Below are positions 53,293 to 64,000 of a stretch of DNA of 64,000 nucleotides, one piece after another; the first letter of the stretch is position 1, and the number at the start of each line of letters is the position of its first letter. This stretch comes from Malacoraja senta (taxonomy: Eukaryota): contig CM075989.1 in NCBI GenBank assembly GCA_038087875.1, positions 8,248,001 to 8,312,000 on the forward strand, written 5' to 3'. The notes beneath the pieces were generated by a model. It had not been told where the DNA came from. It worked only from the letters and a program-made list of their open reading frames with translations, and did no database searches. The position numbers and the translations under genes were made by a program.

Positions 53293-56212
53293 TGATTCTA
53301 CATCATGATCTGCTAAGCCAAGCTCCTGTGCACCTTGTATTCATATCATCCTCGCCTTATTTCACTTTTTGCTTCTTCTTCCTTAAATGTCACAAACTCT
53401 GAAATATTTAATTCCAGCTTTGGTCACTCTGTAATGGCCTGTGTTGCTATTTCATACACCCTGTAGCTGCTCCAGTGTGCATTTGTATTTGGTGGTTTTC
53501 CTTACTCTGATCTGCCTTTGTTTCTGCTCCCCCATTTGTTTTGCTCACATCCAGCTTTATTCTTTCCTTCCAGAACCTCCTTTTGAGTTTTAACTGGTAA
53601 AAAATATACTCTTCTTACTGATTACTTCTTACAAAGAAGCCATTTTTCCACTTGAATCCGATTCTTGTTAACCCCAAAGGTTATCATTTGACATTTTAGA
53701 TATTAAAATCCAGGTAGTGAAGACTGACTATGCTGTAAATGTTCCCTGTGGATAGAAGGTACTGCTTATCATAACCTGACACATGTTTCTCTGGACTTTT
53801 ATTCTTTGTGTATTTATCCCAGCCCAGGGAATTAATGGAATTGTTTAATATGAACCCATGTGTTCATGTCAAATATTGGTTAATCATTCTGCACGATGTG
53901 CTTTCATCGCCATGGCAACTGGTTAAAAATAAGAGGTGGCTTACAAATTCTGCAATGCCTGGACACTGCTAATGATTACCGATAGTGTCAGAAATCCCAG
54001 CACTGTTGTGTAACAGGAGCTACGCGCAAATTGTCAGTCAGAATCTTCCTTTCCAGAGCAATGGATATTAAACCCTAGATCAAAAAGGCCAGACTTACTG
54101 AAAAGCCGACTGAAGTTAAAGAAATCATCTGAAGCCCTCCGCTGTCTCCTGGCTACATTGATCCAAAATCAATAGGGAAATTGTTTCCACTTGTGGGAGA
54201 GACGGAAACAATGGTCATAAATATAAGATAACCAATAGTAATCAAGTGGTGAATTCAAGGCAAAGCTCAGTAAAACGAGTGGTTAGAATGTGAAACCTCA
54301 CCATAAGGTGCACTAAGACACAAGCTAGTTAAATCCATAAAGAATCATGGGATGGAAGGGATAGACAATGTCGGATGAAGTAATGTGGGGTGAGGCTCAT
54401 ATCGATTATCAAACGTCAGAAGGCCTGAATGGCCTTAGTTGATTATGTATCTTTTAACCAAATTTGTGATTAATTTGGATAGTCACAGTATGACTGTAAA
54501 CATGCTAATTTGTAGGCAGTTGGCTCTCTGATTCAAAGACGGCAGAATGCTGTGCATTTTCGAAAAACTGAAAAAAACCCAGATTTAATGGCAGAAGACC
54601 CTTCTATGGTAACAGTAATGAGCATCACAGCTAAGGATGACTTCATGGTGCTACTTTAAATAGACAATAGGTGCAGGAGTAGGCCATTCAGCCCTTCGAG
54701 CCAGCACCGCCATTCAATGTGATCATGGCTGATCATCCCCAATCAGTACCCCGTTCCTGCCTTCTCCCCATAACCCCTGACTCCGCTATTTTTAAGAGCC
54801 CTATCTAGCTCTCTCTTGAAAGTATCCAGAGAACCTGCCTCCACCGCCCTCTGAGGCAGAGAATTCCACAGACTCACCACTCTCTGTGAGAAAAAGTTTC
54901 CTCGTCTCCGTTCTAAATGGCTTACTCCTTATTCTTAAACTGTGGCCCCTGGTTCTGGACTCCCCCAACATTGGGAACATGTTTCCTGCCTCTAGCGTGT
55001 CCAAACCCTTAACAATCGTATATGTTTCAATGAGATCCCCTCTCGTCCTTCTAAACTCCAGAGTGTACAAGCCCAGCTGCTCCATTCTCTCAACATATGA
55101 CAGTCCCGCCATCCCGGGAATTAACCTTGTAAGCCAATCTTTCCCCCCCTGAACGCACTGCCATCGACTCATTCCGCAACAACCTAGATTGGGTTATCAA
55201 ACCCGCCGACAAGGGAGGTGCCGTGGTAGTCTGGCGCGTCGATCTCTACAAAGCTGAGACCACGCGTCAACTCTCGGATACCTCCTCCTACTTACCCTTG
55301 GACCATGACCCCACTGACGAGCACCAGGCCACCATCTCCAGCACCATCACCGACTTCATCCACTCCCACGCCCTGCCCGACCGAGCCTCCAACCTCATCG
55401 TTCCCCAGCCCCGCACAGCCCGCTTTTACCTTCCCCCCAAAATCCACAAACCTGACTGTCCCGGTAGACCCATTGTCTCTGCCTGTTCGTGCCCCACCGA
55501 ACTCATCTCCACCTACCTCGACTCCATCCTATCCCCCTTGGTTAAATCCCTCCCTATCTATGTTCAAGACACCTCAGACACTCTCCGTCGTCTCCACGCA
55601 TTCCACTCTCTAGGCCCTCACCCCTTCATCTTCACCATGGACGTCCAGTCATTGTACACCTCCATCCCCCACCAGGATGGTCTCGAAGCCCTCCGTTTTC
55701 TCCTCGACCGAAGAAGCAACCTATACCCGGCCATTGACACCCTCCTCCGCCTAGCGGAGCTGGTCCTTACCCTCAATAACTTCTCATTTGACTCCTCCCA
55801 TTTCCTCCAAATACAAGGCGTAGCTATGGGCACATGCTTGGGCCCCAGCTACGCCTGCCTCTTTGTCGGGTACGTAGAACAATCCTTGTTCAATGCGTAC
55901 CAGGGCCCCATCCCCGACCTCTACCTCCGCTACATCGATGACTGTTTTGGTGCCACATCCTGCACCCACACACAACTGACTGACTTCATCCGCTTCACCA
56001 CCAACTTCCATCCGGCACTCAAATACACCTGGACCATTTCCAACACTTCCCTACCATTCCTTGACCTCACTATTTCCATCGCAGGTGATAGACTTCTTAC
56101 CGACATCCACTACAAACCTACCGACTCCCATGGCTATCTGGACTACACTTCTTCCCACCCTGCTTCCTGTAAGGACTCCATCCCCCACTCCCAATTCCTC
56201 CGTCTATGCCAC

Positions 56213-58930
56213 ATAGAAACATAGAAACATAGAAAGTAGGTGCGAGAGTAGACCACCAGGCCCATCGAGCCCGCACCGCCATTCGCTCATGGCTGAACAC
56301 TAAACAGACACCCTTACCCACAAACAGTAGACACAAGACACAGAACACAAGACACTACCCTCCCCTTTATATCGCTATCACCCCTCTCCACCCCAAGAAC
56401 CGCGTGATCTCCTGGGGAGGCAAAAAAACGGATAAAAACCCAGGTCCAATTCGGGAAAAAAATCCGGGAAATTCCTCTCCGACCCCAATCCAGGCGATCG
56501 ACACTTGTCCAGGAGATCACTCAGGTCTTACTATACTAACCATACCTAGGTCCATATCCCTGCCCTCTCCCCGTAGCCCCTTATCCCCTTGGCAGCTAAA
56601 AAACCATCTATTTTAGATTTAAATATATTTAATGTTTCTGCTTCCACTGCTCCCTGGGGCAGTGAATTCCATAAATTAACCACCCTCTGGGTGAAGAAGT
56701 TCTTCCTCATCTCAGTTTTAAAAGAGCCCCCTCTTATTCTACAACTATGTCCCCTAGTTCTAGTTTCCCCGATCATTGGGAACATCCTCGGTGCATCCAC
56801 CCGATCAAGGCCCCTCACGATCTTATATGTTTCAATGAGATCGCCTCTCATTCTTCTAAACTCCAAAGAGTAGAGTTCCAGCCTACTTAACCTTTCCTCA
56901 TATGTCAATCCCCTCATTGCAGGAATTAATCTTGTAAACCTTCGCTGCACTGCCTCCAGGGCCAGTACATCCTTTCTTAAGTATGGACCCCAGAACTGTA
57001 CACAGTATTCCAAATGTGGTCTCACTAATACTGTGTACAGCTGCAGCAAGACCTCCGTGTTTTTATACTCAATCCCCCTAGCAATAAAGGCCAAAACTCC
57101 ATTGGCCTTCCTGATTGCTTGCTGCACCTGCATACTAACTTTTAGTGATTCATGTACTACTACCCCTAGATCCCTTTGCGTTGCATTACAACGCAGCTCC
57201 ACCTCATTTAGAAAATAACTTGCCCTATCATTTTTTTTCCCAAAGTGAATGACTTCACATTTATTAGTATTAAATTTCATCTGCCAAGTTGTTGCCCACT
57301 CACCTAGCTTATCTATATCCTTTTGCAGACTCTTCCTATCCTCCTCATCCCCTACTTTTCCTCCCATTTTTGTATCGTCCGCAAATTTTGATATATTACA
57401 CTTGGTTCCCTCCTCCAAATCATTTATATAAATTGTAAACAACTGGGGTCCCAGCACCGACCCTTGCGGAACCCCGCTAGTTACCGGTTGCCATCCCGAG
57501 TATGAACCATTTATCCCCACTCTCTGTTTCCTATTTGTTAGCCAATCCTCTACCCATGCTAATATATTACCCCCAATCCCATAATTTTTTATTTTTAGCA
57601 ATAGTCTCTTATGTGGCACCTTGTCAAAAGCCTTTTGGAAGTCCAAGTATACCACATCCACCGGTTCCCCTTTATCCACCCGGGTTGTTACTTCCTCAAA
57701 GAATTCGAGCAGATTCGTTAAACAGGACTTCCCCTTCACAAAACCATGCTGGTTCTGTCCGATGAAGTCATGTTTATCCAAGTGCCCCGTTAGTGTTTCT
57801 TTAATAATTGTCTCTAACATTTTACCCACCACCGATGTTAGACTAACCGGTCTATAGTTACCCGCCTTCTGTTTACTTCCTTTTTTAAATATAGGTGTTA
57901 CATTGGCCATTTTCCAATCCACTGGGACCGTTCCTGCCTCCAGGGAGTTTTGGAAAATTATCACCAATGCATCCACAATCCCCACCGCTATCTCCCTCAA
58001 GACCCTTGGATGTAATCCATCAGGCCCAGGGGATTTATCCTCCTTCAGTCTCATTAATTTCCCTAATACCACCTCCTTGGTGATCTTAATAGTATTTAGC
58101 TCCTCCATTCCTACCGCCCCCTGTTTATCCAGCGTTGGAATATTTTTTGTGTCTTCTATGGTGAAGACTGATACAAAATACTCGTTTAATGCCTTTGCCA
58201 TTTCCATGTTCCCCACCAACAACTCTCCAGTCTCACCCTCCAATGGACCAACGTTCACCTTAGCCACCCTTTTTCTTTTTATATAGCTATAAAAACTCTT
58301 ACTATTAGTTTTTATGTTGTTCGCTAAATTCCTTTCATAGTCTATTTTCCCCGTCTTAATTAATCTCTTAGTTATTTTTTGCTGACCTTTAAATGCTTCC
58401 CAATCCTCTACCCTCCCACTATCTCTAGCTACCTTATATGCCCTTGCCTTCAGCCGAATACTATCCTTTATAGTTTTACTGAGCCATGGCTGACTGTTCT
58501 TTCCCTTACCCCTTTTTTTCTTCATAGGAATACATTTTTCTTGAAGGTTATACAGTAGATCCTTAAACGTACACCACTGCTCATGTACCGTCTTATTCTT
58601 GAGTCTGCTATCCCAGTCAACTTTGATCAGCTCAGTCCTCATACCTTCATAATCCCCTTTATTTAGACTAAGTACCCTAGCCTGAGTTTCAACCTGCTCT
58701 CCTTCTATTTGAATATGGAATTCGACCATATTGTGGTCACTTGTTCCCAACGAGTCCCTAACTATGACATTTTTAATTAATCCTGCTTCATTACACAGGA
58801 CCAGATCCAAGATTGCCTCCCTCCTTGTCGGTTCTGTGACATACTGTTCTAGGAACCCGTCTCTAATACATTCTATAAACTCTTCCTCTAGTCTACCCTG
58901 CCCAGTTTGGTTTGCCCAATTAATATGAAA
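56213..58930 (-). mobile_element. Young 5'-truncated CR1 LINE
   Basis: Uninterrupted ORF, ~330-bp 3' UTR, (ttctatgt)n tail. Confidence 0.96.
56546..58930 (-). CDS. CR1 ORF2 (partial endonuclease plus RT), N-terminally truncated
   Basis: ILDLVL, SDH, SPGPDG, NYRPVSLTS, DFQKAFD, PQGSVLGP, FADD; no stops over ~790 codons. Confidence 0.9.
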   Translation of the reverse strand, partial: FHINWANQTGQGRLEEEFIECIRDGFLEQYVTEPTRREAILDLVLCNEAGLIKNVIVRDSLGTSDHNMVEFHIQIEGEQVETQARVLSLNKGDYEGMRTELIKVDWDSRLKNKTVHEQWCTFKDLLYNLQEKCIPMKKKRGKGKNSQPWLSKTIKDSIRLKARAYKVARDSGRVEDWEAFKGQQKITKRLIKTGKIDYERNLANNIKTNSKSFYSYIKRKRVAKVNVGPLEGETGELLVGNMEMAKALNEYFVSVFTIEDTKNIPTLDKQGAVGMEELNTIKITKEVVLGKLMRLKEDKSPGPDGLHPRVLREIAVGIVDALVIIFQNSLEAGTVPVDWKMANVTPIFKKGSKQKAGNYRPVSLTSVVGKMLETIIKETLTGHLDKHDFIGQNQHGFVKGKSCLTNLLEFFEEVTTRVDKGEPVDVVYLDFQKAFDKVPHKRLLLKIKNYGIGGNILAWVEDWLTNRKQRVGINGSYSGWQPVTSGVPQGSVLGPQLFTIYINDLEEGTKCNISKFADDTKMGGKVGDEEDRKSLQKDIDKLGEWATTWQMKFNTNKCEVIHFGKKNDRASYFLNEVELRCNATQRDLGVVVHESLKVSMQVQQAIRKANGVLAFIARGIEYKNTEVLLQLYTVLVRPHLEYCVQFWGPYLRKDVLALEAVQRRFTRLIPAMRGLTYEERLSRLELYSLEFRRMRGDLIETYKIVRGLDRVDAPRMFPMIGETRTRGHSCRIRGGSFKTEMRKNFFTQRVVNLWNSLPQGAVEAETLNIFKSKIDGFLAAKGIRGYGERAGIWT

Positions 58931-59820
58931 ATCTGCTCCCAGGATGAGGCGTTCCACACCAGGACATCCGAAATGTCCTCATTCTTCAGGGAACGGGGGT
59001 TCCCCTCCTCCACCATAGATGAGGCTCGCACCAGGGTCTCTGCCATACCCCGCAACACTGCTCTCTCTCCCCATCCCCCCACTCACAACAAGGGCAGAGT
59101 CCCCCTAGTCCTCACCTTTCACCCCACCCGCCGTTACATACAACAAGTGATCCTCCGTCAGTTTCGCCACCTCCAATGTGACCCCACCACTCGCCACATC
59201 TTCCCATCTCCCCCCATGTCTGCCTTCCGCAAAGACCGCTCCCTCCGTAACTCCCTTGTCAATTCTTCCCTTCCCTCCCGTACCACCCCCTCCCCGGGTA
59301 CTTTCCCTTGCAACCGCAAGAGATGCAACACTTGTCCCTTCACCTCCCCCCTCGACTCCATTCAAGGACCTAAGCAGTCGTTCCAGGTGCGACAGAGGTT
59401 CACCTGCATCTCCTCCAACCTCATCTATTGCATCCGCTGCTCTAGATGCCAGCTGATCTACATCGGTGAGACCAAGCGGAGGCTTGACGATCGTTTCGCC
59501 GAACACCTCCGGTCGGTCCGCAATAACCAACCTGACCTCCCGGTGGCTCAGCACTTCAACTCCCCCTCCCATTCCGTATCTGACCTCTCCGTCCTGGGTC
59601 TCCTCCATGGCCACAGCGAGCAACACCGGAAATTGGAGGAAATGCACCTCATATTCCGCTTGGGCAGTCTACATCCTGGGGGCTTGAACATTGAATTCTC
59701 CCAATTCTGCTAGCCCTTGCTGTCCCCTCCCTTTCATCAGCCCTCTGGTTGTCTCCTCCCCTCCCCCAGCCCTCGGGCTCCTCCTCCGCCTTTTTTCCTT
59801 TCTTCTCCCCACCCCCTATC

Positions 59821-59855
59821 AGTCTGAAGAAGGGTTTCGGCCCGAAACGTTGCCT
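59821..59855 (+). ncRNA. Minimal type I hammerhead ribozyme motif in the PLE pseudo-LTR
   Basis: CUGAAGA-A-GGGU(UUCG)GCCC-GAAA-CGUU; palindromic stem III; stem I weak. Confidence 0.7.
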
Positions 59856-60750
59856 ATTTCCTTCGCTCCATAGATGCTGCTGCACCCGCTGAGTTTCTCC
59901 AGCATTTTTATGTACCTTGTAAACCTACGCTGCACTCCCTCAATAGCAAAAATGTCCCTCCTCAAATTAGGGGACCAAAACTGCACACAATTAAAGGTGT
60001 GATTCATTTGTTAATTTACAGAGACATGCTACAAATGCATCAAATATAACATCAAGCCATTTGCACATTGATGTGACCGTAAACTGATATAACATATGGC
60101 TGTCAAATGAAACAAGATTTACAAAACACATTGAAACTCTGGAGGGAAACAAAACCTATTAACTTTTAAACCAAAAGCATAACATCATAATGAAAGATTC
60201 TAATTGGCCTTCAGTATCAGAGCTGGGTTTCTAAAATATGAAGGAAACCACAGGAATTGCTGGCTGGCTGGCTTCTCTTGTTCATTACTCTACCAACTTC
60301 TATCCTTTCATCCTTACTGTTAGCTCAAAACCTCCACAGATATTATTAGTTCTATTCCTTGAATCTGGAAGGAGAGCAGTCAGAAAGACAATGTGTTTCT
60401 TGGCTAGACGCCGAGGCAGCTTCAGCGCATACTGAAACCAGAAAACCCAATCTACAGCATAATCCTGAATCCTTGTTATAATAGAATAGAGTATTGATGA
60501 TTGAGAATAGATAAATGAGAGACTGGTGCTGAATCTGAATGCATATCATTCCTTTTGTGAGACATAGAACATAATCCTAGCTATTAGGACAGAGACTGCT
60601 TCCACATTGTTGCTCTACCCCTGTCCTAATTTGCTCCACCATGTCACAAATATATTCAGTTACATGACACTTCGCTACGTCCCCACCAATTTAGTGAGGA
60701 AAAATAAATTTATGCTAACTCTCGAAAACTCAGTTGTATTGTTAGCAAGT

Positions 60751-61050
60751 TGGGGCAGCACAGTGGTGTAGCTACAAAGATGCTGCTTTACAGCGCCAGA
60801 GACCCGGGTTTGATCCTGACTACAAGTGCTGTCTGTACAGAGTTTGTGCGTTCTCCGTGACCGCGTGGGTTTTCTCCTGGTGCTCCGGTTTCCTCCCACA
60901 CTCTAAAGACATACAGGTGTGTAGGTTAATTGGCTTCTGTAAAATTGTAAATGATCCCTGGTGTGTAGGAGACTATTAGTGTGTGGGGATCGCTGGTTGG
61001 CGCGGTGTTGGTGGGCCAAAGGGCCCGTGTCCGTGCTGTCTTTCTAATGT
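60751..61050 (+). mobile_element. V-SINE/HE1-like SINE
   Basis: tRNA-like head, V-domain. Confidence 0.88.
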
Positions 61051-61067
61051 ATAAAGATTTTGTAGGA

Positions 61068-61290
61068 GGTAGATAAAAATGCTGGAGTAACTCAGCGGGT
61101 GAGGCAGCATCTATGGAGTGGAAGGACTAGGTGACATTTCGGGTCGAGACCCTTTTTCAGTCTGAAGAAGGGTCTCGACCCAAAACATCACCTATTCCTT
61201 CACTCCATAGATGCTGTCTCACCCGCTGAGTTCCTCCAGCTTTTTTAATCTACCTTCGATTTTTCCAGCATCTGCAGTTCTTTCTTAAAC
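61068..61290. mobile_element. Fold-back PLE pseudo-LTR element
   Basis: Arms meet at ttcag-t-ctgaa; TSD aagattttgtagga (61054-61067) / aagatattgtagga (61291-61304). Confidence 0.9.
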
Positions 61291-61877
61291 AAGATATTGT
61301 AGGATCTAATTTGCTTTATAAATAAATTACTGCAAAAATATCCTCTGTATTCTCCAGCCACAACTAAGATTGTAAGAAATCCATCTGTCTCCACTCTTGC
61401 TTTTGTGATTGACTGGGCTTATCAGCTACCATCATTATTTAACATTTTTCTCAAACCCACTGAGGTTGATCTCACTACACGAGTGGCTTCAAATGGAAGC
61501 TGATTAAATAAAAAGCACTTTCTTCCAGATGTGAATTATGCAACAGTACCAGATATGTTAGTTAGTTCAGGTCAACGGTCTGGACAAAAATCTATACAGA
61601 GTTACTGTTAGATCAAATAGGCCCGAATAAAGACTTAACCACTCAGACTTATTATTAAATAAGCAACACATTCGTAGAGCACAGTACACCATGTTTGATA
61701 GGAGTAGAAATGTCACCATTCCATTTATGGAAGAGAAGGGGACATGCAAGGTCTGATCACAAGCCCAAAACCTAGAATAATACAACACGGAAACAGGCCC
61801 TTCCGCACAACTTGTCAATGCTGACCAAAATGCCCCATCTATGCTACTCCCACCTACCCGCATTGGTCTATATCCCA

Positions 61878-62345
61878 TGTAACAGCCCACCCTCCATCAG
61901 ATGCTACTCTGATCCCTATCGCTGGCTGACAGGCCAGTCCCTGACATCATTGGTAACAGCTGGGTCCACAGACAACGAAGGGACTGCACCCACGCACACA
62001 GAGACAAAGACTGAGCGGCCAGGATAAGCCAGAGACCGCCAGCACCACCTCGTCAAGCCCAAAGCTGAGCCACCAGGACAGGCCTGTCACCACAGGCGCC
62101 TCATCTCAAGGCTGCAGGGAGAAGCCTGAGATCACCACACCACCTCCTTCGAGACCAGGGTGGAACTGCCAGTACAGGGCCAAGATCACCAGCGCCACTG
62201 CACATGCGGCCCGAGGACCAGGGACAGTGCCCCCATGCGGTCCTGGACTTTCTTGTTACTGTAAATAAAACATATTATGTGAGTTCACTGTACCGTGAGT
62301 GTCAGTGTGATTATTGCCAATTCTGACGTCATCCCCGACTCCACA
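61878..62345 (+). mobile_element. Solo LTR (468 bp)
   Basis: TGTAAC...CA termini, AATAAA near 62264, 4-bp TSD-like ccca/ccct; interrupts CR1 sequence atatccctctaaacc. Confidence 0.7.
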
Positions 62346-62409
62346 CCCTCTAAACCTTTCCTATCCATGTGCCTGACCATATGTTTTTTAAACGTTGTTA
62401 TAGTACCTT

Positions 62410-62699
62410 TTGTGTGCTGTGTCTGTTGGTCTTTGTTCAAGATGGCGGTCGGAGGGGAGAGTGGACGCTGGCGCGGTTTGGCTGCCGCTGCTCTCTCCTC
62501 AAATTGTGTTTCTTATTTTCTTTTTGTGCTTTTGTAATTGAATTCTGTCCTTGATTTGTGTATTGTGGTGTTTTTATATTTGATTTACTCCGATTATGTG
62601 TTTTGTATTTTTGTGATTTTATGCCTTGTAAGGTGTCCTTGGGTGTTAGAAAGGCGCCAGCAAAAAAATGAATTATTATTATTATTATTATTATTATTA
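62410..62699 (+). mobile_element. Short L2-tailed element with (ATT)n tail
   Basis: Second copy of 41213-41450; interrupts CR1 at tacct. Confidence 0.7.
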
Positions 62700-63761
62700 C
62701 CTGCCTCATTTACCTCCTCTGGCAGCTTGTTCTGTATTACCACCATGTTAAAAAGTTGCCCCTTGGGTTCCTATTAAATCTTTCCCCTCTCACCTTAAAC
62801 CTCTGACCCTGACTGATGAAGATCAGTGTACCAAAAGCCTTCCTGACCACCCTATCTACCTGTGATGTCATTTTCAGGGAACTATGTACGTGCATTCCTA
62901 AATTCCTCTGTTCGACCATTCCTCTGCCCTGCCATTCACTGTGAAGATCCTGCCCGGGTTTGACATAAAAATGCAGCACCTTGGACCTATCTGCATTAAA
63001 CTTCATCAATCATTTCTCAGCCCACTTGCCCAGCTGATCAAGATCCTAATGTAATGTAGTGCGGTGCCTTTGTAGTGGAATATTGCCTGCCTCAAAGACA
63101 TAAAACTAGATAATTTTAGGGCTAGCAAGGGTTTCATTCCACTGCACTTGGCTGACAGAATGGATCTCCAATGTTTTATTGATAGTAATCTTAAATTTAT
63201 ACACCATGGAGAAGATTAAAGACTCAAAATGTTCCACTTCCTTTTACAAATCTGGGACCAAAAATGGAAGGTTTTCAATATGTGCATTGTGACGTTACAC
63301 ACGATGATCTCACATTACCAGCTCATGGCTGGGCACTTTGGGGCATTTACTAAATCCTTTACATCTATTTTTTTTCTTCCTTTTCTCATCTTCTTCTTAG
63401 TCAGTCCTTTTTTATAATCTAGTGCTCAGAACTTACATGATAAAAAGAAATGGATCTGATGCAAAGTCAGTTCCTAATCACAGTTTCTCCAAGTCAAAAT
63501 CAATGTGAACTGTCAGATGCCTTTCTGTTTCCAACTACAATCGCCAATTCCCGACATGGCGTGAATGCAAAATTCAGGAAGCTGCAGCCCGAAGTGAGTA
63601 GCCTTGAATATTTCACTGGCTTTGAAATTATATAACACTCTTATGTAACAGGTGCAACATTTAAAGCATATCGGCTTCTAACATAATAACTCCCTTTTGA
63701 AAGAGGCTTTAAACAATCTTTTCTTGTTCTTGAATATGAATCCAAATAATGAAACTGTTAA

Positions 63762-63855
63762 AGGTACACAAAAATGCTGGAGAAACTCAGCGTGTGCAGC
63801 AGCATCTATGGAGCGAAGGAAATAGGCAACGTTTCGGGCCGAAACCCTTCTTCAG
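63762..63855 (-). mobile_element. Minimal 94-nt PLE pseudo-LTR copy starting at the hammerhead core
   Basis: TSD gaaactgttaa at 63751-63761 and 63855-63865. Confidence 0.9.
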
Positions 63856-64000
63856 AAACTGTTAACGTGTTTGCGTGCAATTTCCTATTATTGTTGGTTT
63901 AACTCCCTTTTGAAGACGTTCCTTACATTGACATGAACATCTTGTTTTAAAGAGACCTCAGACCAAGCTGCTCATCCTACTACACAAATCACTGCGTGAA

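Larger units (their letters stand above)
55133..59918 (+). mobile_element. 5'-truncated Penelope-like element (Neptune-type), RT plus GIY-YIG, split by a CR1
   Basis: KPADKGG, PKIHK, GRPIVS, MDVQSLYT, GVAMG, RYIDD; then PCNRKRCNTC and NLIYCIRC..IYIGET; 55133-56212 joins 58931-59713 in frame. Confidence 0.95.
54658..59992 (-). mobile_element. CR1 3' fragment (54658-55132 and 59914-59992) split by a PLE
   Basis: Collinear with the copy at 29178-29710; accttgtaa duplicated at 55124-55132 and 59914-59922. Confidence 0.9.
61775..63050 (-). mobile_element. CR1 3' fragment interrupted by a solo LTR and an L2-tailed element
   Basis: MKFNADRSKVLHF..QRNLGMHVHSSLK; the 3' UTR pieces rejoin across both inserts. 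Confidence 0.75.

Noticed and set aside
58931..58957. Apparent start of the 803-aa CR1 ORF (MERLILGA)
   Set aside because: Derived from antisense PLE sequence across the truncation junction; not a true start

Overview
A 64 kb eukaryotic, repeat-dense window with no host protein-coding gene that I can support. The repeat complement (V-SINE/HE1-like tRNA SINEs, CR1, Rex1, L2, L1, RTE and Penelope elements) suggests a cartilaginous fish such as a skate or ray; this is inference. Large features are a near-intact full-length L1 (18534-24776), a nested CR1 > Penelope > CR1 stack (54655-59992), a non-autonomous Helitron (32367-34035), a Harbinger-type MITE, a solo LTR and a DIRS-like element end. 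The main finding is a family of four ~100-140 nt retroposed elements (13612, 18170, 26756, 44147). All start at G1 of a 54-nt minimal HDV/CPEB3-type ribozyme fold (core deleted in the 26756 copy), end in (GAA)n, and have 10-12 bp target-site duplications (TSDs). A second candidate ribozyme system is about a dozen Penelope-derived short or fold-back elements carrying minimal hammerhead cores. All calls were made by eye; boundaries of degenerate repeats are approximate.
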